The notes under the pieces are model-generated. The model made no database searches. It was not told where the DNA came from and was given only the letters and a program-made list of their open reading frames with translations. This document shows, one piece after another, positions 48,219-61,875 of a DNA stretch of 64,000 bases (the first letter of the stretch is position 1; each line of letters starts with the position of its first letter). This DNA comes from Vicugna vicugna (lineage: Eukaryota). The position numbers and the translations under genes are program-made. The stretch spans positions 6,112,023 to 6,176,022 of the forward strand of contig MU062724.1 in NCBI GenBank assembly GCA_013265495.1. Reading direction: 5' to 3'.

Positions 48219-51200
48219 CTAATGTCAGAAGAAAAGTAAACACACAAAATCACACATGCACATGTATCCGCACATTCCCACACCACATACTCAAGAGTAC
48301 AAATATAAAACAACAATAACTAAGAGCAATATATAATTCTGAAACAAATAAGCTAGCACTGATGAAAAATGGTGATGCTCCTTTATCAGACATAAGGTAG
48401 TTTTACAACCATTCTACACGTTTACATATAGTCCACATGAGTTTCATCCCATTGGTATTTTGAGATGCATGTTTTATTGGTTGCCTTTATCCATGGCTCT
48501 GAAGGCATCCATGACCTATGTGATTAACCTGCCATGTGGTTTCATACTTTGAATAAAACCTTCCTTTTAAAAACACATTAGAAGACAAAAACAATTTTTA
48601 AATTATCTATAAGATGATTCCTTCCAATTTAATCTTTTTTTATTTGATGAAATTTGATGGAATATATGTTTATCCTTTAGACACATTGTTAAACTGTTCA
48701 AAATTTTTTATCCCATTCTTCCTTATTTCAGACTTTGAGAAAAATGTGAATTTTCCAAGAATTATGTTGAGAATTTGTCCCAAATGCTATTTTAATGCAA
48801 ATGAAGTTTTCAAATTGCTTGATTTTCCTTGTGCATTCCAACATAATTTTCTTAAAATTGATGAGCAAAATCACATTGGATTTTTTTAGTAATTGGCAAT
48901 GATCCCCAGTGACCCAATTAAGCAGAGAATTTGTTTTTCAGAAATGAAATAGAAAAGAGATAAGTTCACTTAAGCACTTTTCACTTTATAGTTGTAAAAC
49001 TCCTTATTAGTACTGAAAAGAATCAGCTAAGGTGAGAATAAATGAACACAGGATAATAATATACCAATTCTCATTTAAAATATTATTTAGTTTTAGAGTT
49101 GTTCAAATGATATTTTCTGTATATTAAATATATATTGCAGTTTTACCAATTTTAGAATATGGAAAATACATAGTACATATGTAATTCTTTTACATAATGT
49201 AGTTTATGATTGATGTTGCGATAAAAATATTTGGAATAATGAATACTTTAGGCCTATAGGAACCACAGACAACAGAAACAGTGCATCCTGGTATAACACT
49301 AAGGTTGAAAAAAGACTTATTTTTCACTTCATAGTATAAAAGATTCTGCAATCTGATGGTAATTTGGTTTTTCCTGTTCTTGTACAGTTAACTTACAGTT
49401 ATTTTTTGAAACTTATTTGGATATCAAACTCAAGATAATATTTGATACCGATTGTTTAACCGATGTTCAGAACAGTCAGCAACACAATATGAGAAGGTAT
49501 ATAAAATAGCAATAATTAAAAAAAAATATTTAAAATATTTGTGGGAGCCACTTTCGATATAATGGTTTAGCAATATGGATTACAAATTTTGAGATCCGTA
49601 AATGAATATCATAGCTTATTGGATAATTTAAGTTGGTGATATTAAGGACATAATAAAACTCTTGGAAACTTTGTATAACCTTTTACAACCAAGCTACTTG
49701 GTGGCCTCACCTAAACATTGTGAGACATTAAAATAATTAATTCAAAATATTCCAACATTCAAAAATGTTTTGAAAAGTAATACTGTCTTACAAGATTTCA
49801 TTCATAATGTGCAACTGGCCTTTTTTAGTTGTCTGTCCTCATTTTAGTTCCTATTCTCTCTTTTCAAACCATAATGATCTTCACAAAATCTGTATCTTCT
49901 TACTTTTGAAATCCCTAAAACATTTTGCTAAATTAGTCTTCATAGGTTCTTGAATTTTGCCTCCTGCTCTTTCACACACATGCCGTTTCCCACCATTTAC
50001 TGCTTCCATTTCCCAATGTAGATCAGTCCCATTGGTCTGGATGCCTCTCAGTTCTACTCATCCTTGTATCCGACAATGAAGTCCTGGACACGGAACACTT
50101 AGCTCTATCTGGTCTGGTCAGAGCACAGAAAGTAGTGGTAAAAACATGCAAATCATTATTTCTCACTTAACATACATGTCCAGTGTATACCCTTTGTGTT
50201 GAGGGGAATTGTTGGTTCGGCCAAGATTATCTTCGCTGTTCTGATCAGGCTCATGGGGTTATGAGCCCCACTAGAGCAGAGAGCTCCATGCAGGTGACTT
50301 ACTTATCATTTGGCCTAGAAGATTCCTTGGGTTTGCAGAATTGTGTGATTTGCAGATTGAGTAAATGAATGAAAGGATATTCATAACATTAATACACACT
50401 CCTCATAAAATAGGAAATAAAAACTCTGCAATAAAGGTATTTTTTTAATTCAACATTTTCCAAACTTTTTAACCAAGCATTTAACATTTTTTCCTGATCA
50501 CTATTAATATCTAACAAAAATTGAGCATACATTTTTGCATTTTTTGCAAAACTTTTTACAAAGTTTTGTTAGAGTTGTCTTAGGAGATAAAGTTGACAGT
50601 CAAAAAAATCTGTACATATAGTTCAGTCTTTTTCATTTATCTGAATCAAAGCAGACATAGGAGACATAGAGCTATTGAGGAAGAAAATAATAAGTCTTAC
50701 AGTCTATTTCTAATTTAATCAATGAGACATTCTAGAGCCTCAAAATGATAGAAGTATATTAAAATTTATAAAATATGCTTCAACTTGTTTAGACCACTAT
50801 GTTAATTTTTAATATTCCTCAAAAATTAATATAGTAAGTATTTCAGCTTTAAAGAGCACTGCAGAAATATAACACAGAATAATGAGTGGGTTTTACATGG
50901 AATATTGACTACATTATATCCTGACTCAATGAAAAGAGAATAAAAATTCTTTCAAAACATTGACCGACAGAAACTTTGCAGTTTTGCTGGACTAAGGTCT
51001 TAACAGTTGGATGTTTCAGAGATTGCTGCCTTCTGGAGGCCTCATACACATGGCTGCATCTCTTTCCTTGCTCAAGACCCTTAGAGTAATTGCAGCTCAC
51101 CACAGCCTTAAGGCTGGTCACTCTCAGGAATCAGAACACAACTGGTGTAGAGGCAGAGGAAAAGCACAAACAGCCACCTACTCCACAGCTTAGAAAGTGG

Positions 51201-52606
51201 GTCAGCGAGCTGTGTCAGTGCGTTACAGCCGCAGCGTCCCTAAGACACTAAAAGGAGAGAAAGGAATAAAAGGAATTAGAGCATGCTACCCTATGGTCTC
51301 TCTCCCTTCAGTACATTTATGTGGTCTGTTCTGCTGCTTCGCCTGGGTTGGGACCTGCTCAACACTGAGACCAACTGCAGAATTTGAAAAGGTAACGATT
51401 GTCTTCCTCTTCCCATAGAGAAGGCAAGTGTTACTTTACCAACAAGCAAAGAAATCCTTAGAACTCTCAACTAAATCCTCATTAACAAACAAAATAATGT
51501 GAAAGGACAGAAACGGAAGCAGAACCGTTTCCTTTAGAAAGAAAATTAAATTTTACTAGATGTAAATTTTACCAGAGCAAAGTGTCATTTTGGTCAAAAA
51601 TTTCACAGCATGTGACCAGTATCAGATCTAGCTGTTTGTGTATTTGTCAGATTCAGTCAGGAACATCAAATAGGACTAGATTTATGCCAAACTCCTCCCA
51701 TTGAATTCTGACAGGTGGAGAGGTGTAGCACCTGTGTGGGTGCAGAGCCCATGACGTAGTCACAATACATTAGCCTGAATCACGTGATAATGAGATGGGA
51801 CGAAATGTGATACATCACATCAAGATAAAATGAAAAAAAAGTGGCTATGCAGTATAACTTTCTACACTGAGTATGCATAAAGGGGGAAAAACAAATTATG
51901 GGAGGTCTGGGCAAACTGAAAGTAAGTAATTTGAATTTATTTACAGATCAAATCTTCACTCTAGTAACACTCAGCAGACCTGCCATCGTCAATAGTCAGG
52001 GCTTAATACCGCTGCCATTGCAAATTGCAAGGGTGGTAAAATTGGAACGCTAGCTGTCGGGCTGGATGTCATTCTTTTTCCTTTGAAAATGATTGATACT
52101 GGTTCAGGTGTATTTGTTTGCAGAACCACCAAATATGCAATAGGCTAGTTTTTCAGGTAGAATATTTTAAAATTCTTCCTGTATTTTTTCTGCATAAAGT
52201 GTGCTTATATTTAAATATATTACCTTGATTGTGTGTAGACATTCATTCTCTGTTCTCAGCCTAGTTTCTCCCTCTTACTACAGTACTTATGTTCTTAGCT
52301 ATCAGAAGCTGGAGTGTTTAATTTCTGTTGGTCTCTGAAAACTCAAAAGGTTAGCGGCCTATATGCATTGCTGTCTTTGAAATTATTCACTAGTAACACT
52401 AAACCCTCATGAATCCAATTCTTGGACTGTTCTTTGATCTCCGACCCTAGTTGAAAACCACATGGGGCACAGAGGGAGGAATTAACAGTTGGTATTTTCT
52501 ATCTTCCTGTCATTTCCACTCTAGTGTGACACAGAATTCAGAGTATTAGCTAGCGGAGGGTCTCAGAGCTACAACATGACAGCTAAGAAAGGAGCCAAGC
52601 CCTTAC

Positions 52607-52661
52607 CTGATCTGGGTGTAGAGTTTCTCAATCCGCCATTTCCAATTTCAGAAGAAAATTC
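52607..52661 (-). CDS. Candidate - strand exon (55 nt, phase 0-1): EFSSEIGNGGLRNSTPRS
   Basis: Acceptor gctttatcctttatattcag|G and donor CAG|gtaagg. Only one frame is open, and its phase joins the 48159-48218 candidate (G|AG = Glu). Confidence 0.35.
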
Positions 52662-53211
52662 CTGAATATAAAGGATAAAGCCGCTCCTTCCAGAGATTTT
52701 GTTCAGTGATATGTGTTGAATGTCTGTTGGGCTGCCTCCTATAAACTAACTTGGGCGTAATCAATCCATTCTCAATGAGCATTTACTGATCAAGGCATAT
52801 ATGGAACATTCTAGAGAAGGGGTGGAAAGGCAAATGAATCATGTTTTTAAGAGACAAGAATAACAAGGTAAGAAGTTACAATTTTATCCGTTTACCTTTA
52901 GAGAGTTATTAAAGGCTTCTGCACTACAGACTGACATATAAATACTGTTTTATAAAGGACAGTCTGAAATTCTTAAAATTTTAGTAGGAGTTTTGTACCT
53001 GCTTAGAACAAATGTATCATTGAGTGATTTATTAAAGTATTCACGTATAATTTGTCTGTAGTGTTTAAATAATTGAAAACTACATGACAGTATTTCTCTA
53101 AAAACTTTATAAAAGCATTATTATCTCCCTAATCTGGGGTTTTATGTAATTCTGCACAAACATTCACATAATGTATAATTGAGTGATTTTGTAATTTTCT
53201 GATGGCAAGAG

Positions 53212-53335
53212 GCTGACTAGAATATGAACTCCTCAGAGGGAATATCAGTGTCTTGATTTGCATCCCCTGTGCCTATCACAGTGCCTGGAACGTTGCAGAG
53301 TATTAATAACCGTAGGTTAAATGTGAATAAGTGCA
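53212..53335 (+). mobile_element. L2 3' end
   Basis: gactagaatatgaactcctcagagggaa...gtgtcttgattt...cccctgtgcctatcacagtgcctggaac. Confidence 0.65.
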
Positions 53336-56300
53336 AGATAAATGTAACTATGAAGAAATGAATATAAAAAACTGCTTTACTTTTCTTTCTAATCTGGTAT
53401 ATGAGAATGCTGTACTCAATTTATTTTACATACTTATATGAAGGCATGATACATACATCTGGACAAAAATCGAGTCCTACATGTTGTTTTCAAAGGTACT
53501 GTTCCTGTATTCGTATCACTCTTAATTGTAAATCAATTAGCAAACACAGTTTCTCGAGGCTAGAATTTCCTCATCTTTTATTTGGCATTGATGCAGATTT
53601 CAATCAATAGAAAGTTACGAAAACAGACTGAGACTTGCTAGTAGGATTTAAGAGGAAAAAAGATACCAAATAAGCAAACATTAAATTATACTAACAACCT
53701 TATTCTTTTCACATGTAAATTCCCACTATCACTAGAAATGAATTTGTTGTTTATTTCAGAGATTTGTAAATCAATGAATTATATTGATAGATCACTACAT
53801 AGTAGAGACAATATGAAGTTTAAAGAAGTATAAATAATTTAAAAGGTGAAAAATATTGTTAGCATAATGATATATCTGAAATTTGTAAATTATAGAAATA
53901 ATCATTTAAATATTGCTTTGATTAAACATTCAAGTAAGTTATTAGCCTATGAGGACGCATATAGCTGGAGGTAGAAAAAATAGTTTATTAAAATTATAAA
54001 AGACATATTTTTATCAGATCTAAATGTTGATAGTTTAATGGATGTAAGTTAGATTCAAGAACTAAATTTCTTATAAACTATAATATTCATATAGAAACAA
54101 ACAGGATACTATTTCCTGTTGAAATATGAATTTTTAAAAAGTACATCTAGAAACATTTTGTTTCAAGACGGAAAGCTCAGAACCAACTTTACAAAAGCCT
54201 GGCTTTTGCCTCATAGGCAAAATATTGCACAGGTGTGATTAATTGCAGGCACAATTTTCTGCACCTGCTGGTGGATTTAATTAGTCATCGGTACCTAACT
54301 CTGAGAATGTAGAACGTGAAAATAACACCTGCAAATTTCCACTTCATTTGACACAGAATTGAAAGAAAGTGTCCTTAGTAAATACTTAGAAAGTGTAGTA
54401 ATAGATGTTACATTAAAAAAAAAAAAAGGAGGGGAGGATGGGAGGGTAAATAGTATAAAGAAATTGGTTTTGAAAATATTTCTTCTAATTTGAAAAAATT
54501 ATTCACTAAATGCTATGTCTGTGTAATATGAAAACAATTACATAAGATATTATTACGTTCAAATATTTAGTTCCTCATTCTGAATCGATGAATACATTAA
54601 AAAAATCTTCAAAAAACTGAATTCATAAAACAAGCATCTCGGTATAATCTTGTTAATTATCACAAACATTTTAAATAAAACTACTGTACACTCGATCACT
54701 GTTCAGGAACGGTTTATATTTGGAGAATGATTCACATTCATTTGTTCAGATGATTGCAGTTATCAGGCTACACATACTAAGTGATTAAGCCTAGGCATTA
54801 AAACATGAGGAAAATATTTCTACCAGCTTAATTACTCATTTTAAGAAATCTGGCTCAATTCTGGTGATGGTGTGAATGAAGAGGGAAAGAGAAGGGATTA
54901 GCTAAGTTTTAAAGAAGAAAGAACAGCCATGGTGTAGATGAGGTCTAAAGGAACAAAGAGAGATTGTCACCTACAGTTTCTAGCCGGGAAAGTGAATGGC
55001 ACTGACGGATTGTCAGTTCCAAAAGAAGAACTGCACAGGGCTCAATAAATATGAGAGGATTTTGAGAGGGAAGGAGGAGCAGGAGGCTAGGGAAAGAACA
55101 GGAAAGAAAGTAAAAATTTATATTTAAGATAATAACTGTGGCTGTGTGTTATACCATTTTTACTGGTAACCTGATGCTAGGTCCAAACTATTTTTACTGA
55201 TGCCTTATGGGCTCCCTTTGTAATATAAATCATCATACTAATTCATTCACTTACTAATTTTTAATGTTACCATCGACAAAATCCCTCTGGGTGCCTGTAC
55301 GCAATTACCAAAATAGTACGATCGTAAAATGAATAGAAGCTAAATTCAAAATTAAATAAAAGCAGGTCACCTACACATTACGAAAGGCCCTGATATTGAA
55401 CAAGCTAAGCCATTATCAAACTAGAAACAGATGGCCTAAAACAAAGGGTGTATGAAGGCAAGGATGTCCTCAGGACAAGGTGTCTTTTATTGAGGGGAGA
55501 GCGAGCTCCCATAATATAAGAAACTTTTTTGTCTGTGTAACCTTAAGGAAATACTATTTTCAAGGATATTTTATTCATTTCAAATTTGCCAGTGAGCATA
55601 TCCTTCTAATTTACCCCAAGATAACGTGTGTGAAATATCAGTAAGAGCTGCAAAGCTGATATTTGAGATGTTTTACCGTGTCTCTGTTTATTGGACAGCT
55701 GTGCATTCTCCTAGACCCTTGCTTTATGTTGGTCCATGTGCAAAAGTATTTGGGCACTTTCAAGTTTATGCATTGCCTGCAGTGAGCTAAGGCCATTCTG
55801 CCCGTATATTTATAACACACTGTCTACCCAGACACTGGGTTCAATCATTCATATGACTATATCACAGAGAAGGATTTTTTTCTATTTTAAAGAATTTTGT
55901 TTTGTTTTTAAATAATTGGTAGCTTTTGGGTTTTGGTTCAGGTTCTCTGAAACTTGGCTTTTCAGTTGGCCTCAGTGATTCTAGCACAAATACTGACATA
56001 GACCTTTTTTGCCTAGCATAAATTTTCATAAACTGAAGTAATTCTAATGTGATTGACTGACTAGATTTCCTGATTTTTCTTCTTTATTTTAACTTTAAAC
56101 GGCATCCAAATCTAGAGTTAGATCTTCAAGAGCAGAGGAAGACTGTGGTCGCCAGATAAACAGAATAATCTACACTTTCTGTAAGGGACTGACTGCTGTG
56201 TTAGCTGAGGGCTCTTTGATTTAGCTGTGTTTTCTCTTCTTTCTTTATACCCTTTGGGCATATGAACTGTACTGCAGACAAAATTGCAAGGAAAAGTCTA

Positions 56301-56561
56301 ATGGTGATAAAAAGAGAAGACCTTTTAGATATAGAATGAAGGAATAGTATTTATGGTATTTTTGTCCAATTTTATCAGCCTATTTATTGCTTTGAACTTG
56401 TAATGTATTAATGTACTTAACAGCTAAAGTGCATTGATTAGTGAAATTTCTTCAGAATAAATAACTTTCTTATTATGGATCTGAAAGTCTCTAATACTAA
56501 CTTTATTTTTTGCTCATTAAATGTATTGTTCTTAGAAGGAGAAATTTTAAAGTCTTTCTAG

Positions 56562-56616
56562 AACAGTATTATCCCCAGAGGGCTCTGGCATAACAGATAA
56601 ATGGTGTCTATTAGAG
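56562..56616 (+). CDS. Weak candidate + strand exon (55 nt, phase 2-0): TVLSPEGSGITDKWCLLE
   Basis: Acceptor ttttaaagtctttctag| and donor GAG|gtaagt. Only one frame is open. Confidence 0.18.
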
Positions 56617-57169
56617 GTAAGTGAGTGATGTCCTACATCCTCAGTTACTGTATCACTGACATTTTGCTTGTCAAAATGTACATATCGATATCTCCAGATT
56701 ATTCAATACATGGTTGATAATAAAAATAATGGATAGATTAGTAAAGCAAATGCATTTTAAGTGCACGTTTACTTGTATATTGATATGTCGACTATTCCCC
56801 TTGAATCAATCTGAAGAAATCGTTTTACTCTGCAATATTGAAGTATAGGGATGTAAATGTTTTCTGCCCTTAAGCATTTAATAGTCTTGGGTCATGAAAT
56901 TAAAACTGGTGCAGTAGAGGATAACACAACACAAGAACAATACACAAGTCCTAAATTGAATAATAGAGATTGAATGTACCAGACAATTGGGTATCTTAAT
57001 TGGGAAGGAGATCAGTAATTGCTGGAAGAGTAACAGAAGGATGGGTAAGAATCAAATCTTCTACTGACATAGTTAATACTTGAATAGACAGAGAAAAAAA
57101 GAGGCCATGTATTAAAAAGAAAATATGCATGAAATATCTGTAGTTGAGATGAACCTACCTTTGTCGAGC

Positions 57170-57800
57170 ATGTATTTTAAGCATCCCACCGGGTCTGTGA
57201 AGGCAAAAATCCATGAACAAGTTATCATCGCTACCCTTAACAAGTTCATAATCTCGTGATGAGAAGAGACTACAAAAGGAAGTTTTGATAAGGGTTTTGA
57301 GAAAGACATTATTTTAATGTCCTGAGGGACAACAAAGAATATATAAATAATGATCAAACAGAAGTTTGAACTGAGAAAACTGAGAATGAAATGATTTGAA
57401 TGAGTAAGAGTTCAAAAGGGAGAGTGAAGGAGAATCCTCCTAGGAAGAAGGGACTGCGGTGAAGGAAGGGAAACAAAAATGTGCTGAAAGGATTGCAGGA
57501 GTGATTGGAACCAGGGAGCAGCCGATCAGCATGGCTGGGATTTAAAACTCACGAGACACTGTGGTGGGGGAGACAAGCCTGGATGAAATAGAGAAGATGC
57601 AGGAAGTTTGTAGCCTCCTTAAAAAGCTCACATGACCTGATGTGAAGTAGGGAGTGGTGGTATAACAGATAAGAGGGCAGAAGTGCACCAGCCGCCATTG
57701 GTCAAAGACAGGAGGAGCTGAGTATGATTCAGTATAAGAGTTGGTTTGGGTCAGTTGTGAAGTCATTTTCAAAATTAAGCAGTTAATAAGAAAGAAATTT
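57170..57800 (-). mobile_element. L2, antisense
   Basis: ctacccttaacaagttcataatctcgtgatgagaagagac...gaagtttgaactgag...ggaagaagggactgcggtgaagg. Confidence 0.6.
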
Positions 57801-57869
57801 AGTGAAAAGATAATAAACTTAATTTTGGTCAGTTGGTAAGATTGCCATGATAATCAAGAAAGATTGTGT

Positions 57870-57980
57870 GTAGTGGGTGGGATATAGCTTAGTGATACAG
57901 CACATGCTTGGTGCACACGAGACCTTGGATTCAAAACTCAGTGCCTCGTTAAGGGAAATAAATGCATTAAATTAAAAAAA
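57870..57980 (+). mobile_element. tRNA-derived SINE (camelid Vic-1-like)
   Basis: gggatatagcttagtgatacag (A-box-like), ggattcaaaactc (B-box-like) and an A-rich tail. TSD aagaaagattgtgt (57856-57869) versus aagaaatattgtgt (57981-57994), 13/14 match. Confidence 0.85.
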
Positions 57981-58079
57981 AAGAAATATTGTGTTTCAAT
58001 AACAGCTATTAAAGATACAAATCGTATCATTAAAACCTTTATAAATATACTTCAAAGCCACTTGGAATCTGAATGAACA

Positions 58080-58500
58080 CAGAATTAGTAGAGTGGTGAT
58101 GGAGGAAAACCAACTAGAAGAGGTTTAGGATTAATTTGCACATTGCCAAATAGAGATAATGAGTATAGACTATAATTTATACAGAATTTTAGGAAGAATG
58201 GGATGAAGGGATGGAGTCTGCATACCTGTGGGACACAGAGAACTGAAAAAACGTAAACTGACTGATAATTTTGGAGGAGTGAGAAATAAGGATTGATTGA
58301 AACATTGGGGCCCCGTTTTTGAGAACCTGTTAATAATGCAGTAGAGATTAAGCAGCTCTGGAAAGTGTTCAAGCAGTAGTGTTGGAAATAATATAGTAAA
58401 CAAGAAAGGTGAGTTTGGGCAGCATGCCACCAAACCAAAGTGAGATAACACATACCTAATGACCTGTGCAGAAGCATATGCAGAAAACAGAAAAACTAAA
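58080..58500 (-). mobile_element. L2, antisense (degenerate)
   Basis: ggaggaaaaccaactagaagaggttt...gccaaatagagataatgag resembles antisense L2. It hosts the 130-aa and 111-aa track ORFs. Confidence 0.45.
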
Positions 58501-60679
58501 GGCACTTACTTCAAAGTCTTGTGTTAAATTTAATCTCAATTCTATGTGACTGTGTCATTTATTTTCACTTAGAATACGTCTGTATTTTGGGAACTCACTC
58601 TTTATTCATGTGTACTCTGCACCTAGAATAGAAAGACATGTCATAACGACATAAATGAGTCATCTAAAGCAGTCATAAAATCTTGTTGTAGGTAAATATC
58701 TTATTTTACATTTTTTCATGCACCATAAAGCTTATGGGCTCTAGAAGGGCAAATTAGCCAGGACTGGGGATTACAAGCAGAAATAATAAAGAAATTCTGG
58801 CACAATATATACAAAGATTTCACTTTGTGTTGAATTGGAGCCTGCATTTCCAAAGCAGTGATATTAAAAATTATAGAGCACTGGAAGGCCACAGTTAATT
58901 TCTCCCACTGATTCATCATGAAAATTACAAAATGCATTTATCATCAAGGAAAAGTCATTTGTGTAAAAAATGGACAAAGGCTTTTTGCCGGGATGTTGTT
59001 AGATCATCCACCAAGTCAAAACAGTTGTACATTTTGTTAATATGTTACTGGAATAAAATAATGCTGCACATTTAGAGCCAGATTATGTGGCCTGCTGCCA
59101 AAATTTGTAGCTCTGATTACAAGGTGCAAGTTTAAGTAGTTTCTCACTGATTCATGTCTGATGCATTATAATTCACTGACTAACAGGATAAGCAACTAAA
59201 TTTGTTAATTGGGCAGTAAAATACAGTTTTTTGTTCTTCTGTTTTAGTGCTTTTGAATTTTGAGACTAAGGTGAAAAATTCATGTTATGATAAAATCCAC
59301 TACATTAAAAAATTCACGGAGATTTAAATTACTGTACATAGGACCTAGTGTAGTCTTTGTTTCTGTTGCCAAACAGTCATAGTTAAAGGGATGTAGACTC
59401 AGTTGTGTAAGTTAGCAAAGTTTATGATAAATATTTATATGTAGTAAATCAGTTCATACTTAAAAAGGACATTAGACACATCTCTATTTGGCAAGAGGTG
59501 TTATAAATCACCATAAAAACCCAACTGACATTATATAAGAATAAATTTACTATTTACAGTACTTTATGGGGTTTTTCATCTCCTACCAATTGCTTACATA
59601 CCTTTCCCCATGGAAACATGGAAAAATTTAAGAGTTCTTTTCTTATCTTATCTATAACGTTTCAAGTTACATTTCTCAAAAATAAATATGGAAATACCTT
59701 TATCTTTATATTTGAATAGATTCAAACAAACAGAATGAAATATTACATTACCACTGGTATTTTTATTTCACTTATCCCTCTCTATTAATCCCTGTCATTA
59801 TGACATTAGATGATGTCTGCCCTTTTAGTAAAGCATCTCAGATTTACTGAGTTGACCAATAGTAACTAACAGCTTGACTTGGGGGATTGCTTAGCTATCG
59901 GGAAAGAATTAAATTGCATATTTCTTTGTACAGTGGAGTAATCTGAGCACCCAGAATAGAGAGGAAATCAGAAGTAGTTGGGGAAGAAGCAAGAGCCCCA
60001 AAACAGATAATGAAAAAAAAAAAAAAGAAAGAAATCCGAATGGATCCACGTGGGGTCAGTTCCAGGAGTTTCAAGAGTTAAAAAGGTTTGGGAACTGGAA
60101 ATGAGTCAGTCATCTTCCAAGAGCAGGACCAGACCAACGTAATAGGTAGAGTTGGAACGACCATCCACGGGAAGTTATGGAGGAGAGTGGAATCGGCCTG
60201 CCCTGGGGAAAATGATTTAGTGAGACTATGGAGGCTAACACCTTCCTGTCTGCTGGCTGAAATACCAAGTATTTCTTTGCATCCTACATACTAGAGACCT
60301 CGGGGACACAGACAGTGAAGGTACCCAAGAGACTTGGGGAGAAATGAGTTAGAATAACTCTTCCACTGGAAGATCTTTGGGGTGCTGGTTTTGACAGTGG
60401 CACAGGAATGGGAAGGGGTCAGAAAGACTCCAAGGCCTTTGACTGTCTGTATAAAAGACTATTTCAGAATCTTACTAGTAGAACGAGGGTACCGGCAGCC
60501 TCCTAGGAGGGATCCCTAGGTCATGCGGGAGCAGAATGGGTAGGAAAGCTTATAGTTGAGTAGACGTTCCTTGCAGAACAGTCTCATGATAGAGTCTGTC
60601 ATCAGTAAAGTTAAATACTCCTATTGATGACTTTCTATTTCACATCTTTGAATTAAAACGTAGTCTGTGCCTGGTCTGC

Positions 60680-61040
60680 ATGATGCCTTATGGGCTGACC
60701 CCTGCTCCTTGCTTGCCTTTATCACCTCTAGCTCTCTGCTCTAGTCACGCTAGAGTCCTTTGTACCAGGTGTTTGTTCAAATGTCAGTTATCAAAGATAA
60801 TGACAACTCTATCTAAAGTAAGGGACAACTCCCTTCTGATTACTTACCCTACTTTAGTTTTCTTCACAGTATTCAACACGCTTGGTCATAGTATATGTTG
60901 TTCTGCTTGCTCTCTCTTTTCCCTCTAGTAGATTGTTAAGTTTCATGAAAACCAAAAGAATCTTGTCCTGTTTTATTTACTGCTGTATGCAAGAGATGCT
61001 CAAATAATCTCTGGATGAAGTAGTGAAATAATGAATAAAA
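60680..61040 (+). mobile_element. L2 3' region and terminus
   Basis: ctggtctgcatgatgccttatgggctgacccctgctcc...caaatgtcagttatc...ccctctagtagattgttaagtttcatgaaaacc...cttgtcctgttttatttactgctgtat. Confidence 0.75.
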
Positions 61041-61875
61041 GACTTGTTCCACTTACCTATTTTCCTTCTTTACCTTGATAAAATATATTAGGTGTACTAA
61101 TTTGAAAAATAGTTAAGATCTGTGGATAAGAGCTAGGTGTATAAGTGTTGATTTAAAACCAGCCTGGGACTAGAAAGATGCTACTTGGTGGAATTGACCA
61201 AAGGGATTATAAAATGTATTCGTTTCTCTCTAATCCACAGTTTTAGCATCTTAATAGTCCAACAATTATAACAAAATCTGTCTCAATAATAGGAATACAT
61301 CTTCTGCAAGTTGACCAAAGCTTTGCGTTTAAAAAAAAATAACAGTATTTTCTTACTTTGACATCTTGTCTTACTCTAGGTAGGTCAAAATATCACCAAG
61401 TGTCAGTTGATTATTTTCAGGCCATATTAAAACATACAATTAAAATTATTATATTCAGGTTCTTCACACCACATAGAGAAGCAGAAAGAAGAAAATATGC
61501 TACCTACATCCCTATCATCCATAGTAAGATATGGAGTTCAAACAGATGAAAAATATTCCATCCAAAATTATGTTCTCCATACCTAATGCCTGGAAATTAT
61601 TTAACAATTAATCTTTTGATCAATATGTAAGTGTTATCCCCATCTTTTAGTCTATATTTTTAGAAAGAAAAAAATTCCTGTATTATCAAAGGTCATTTTG
61701 GCTTAACATAATTTCTGATGATTAAAAGACATATTTTAGATTGAATAATATATTCATCTTTGTATTTGTTCCACAGTTTTTATAGGAGTTCTTACGGGAG
61801 TTTTATTCCAGTTTTTTTAGGGAATAGGGAAAGTGAATATATAGTAGCTCCTAAAAAAACTGAGGGAAAACTTAC

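Noticed and set aside
48159-52661. Assignment of the small charged exons to TRDN, SCEL, caseins or CCDC7
   Set aside because: The exon sizes are suggestive, but the peptides match none of these proteins as I recall them, so no gene symbol is given.
57870-57950. tRNA gene
   Set aside because: The boxes are degenerate and an A-rich tail and TSD are present, which indicates a SINE.
58085-58505. Longest track ORFs (130 aa and 111 aa)
   Set aside because: They have a low-information Leu/Phe/Ser composition on the pyrimidine-rich strand of a probable L2 relic.
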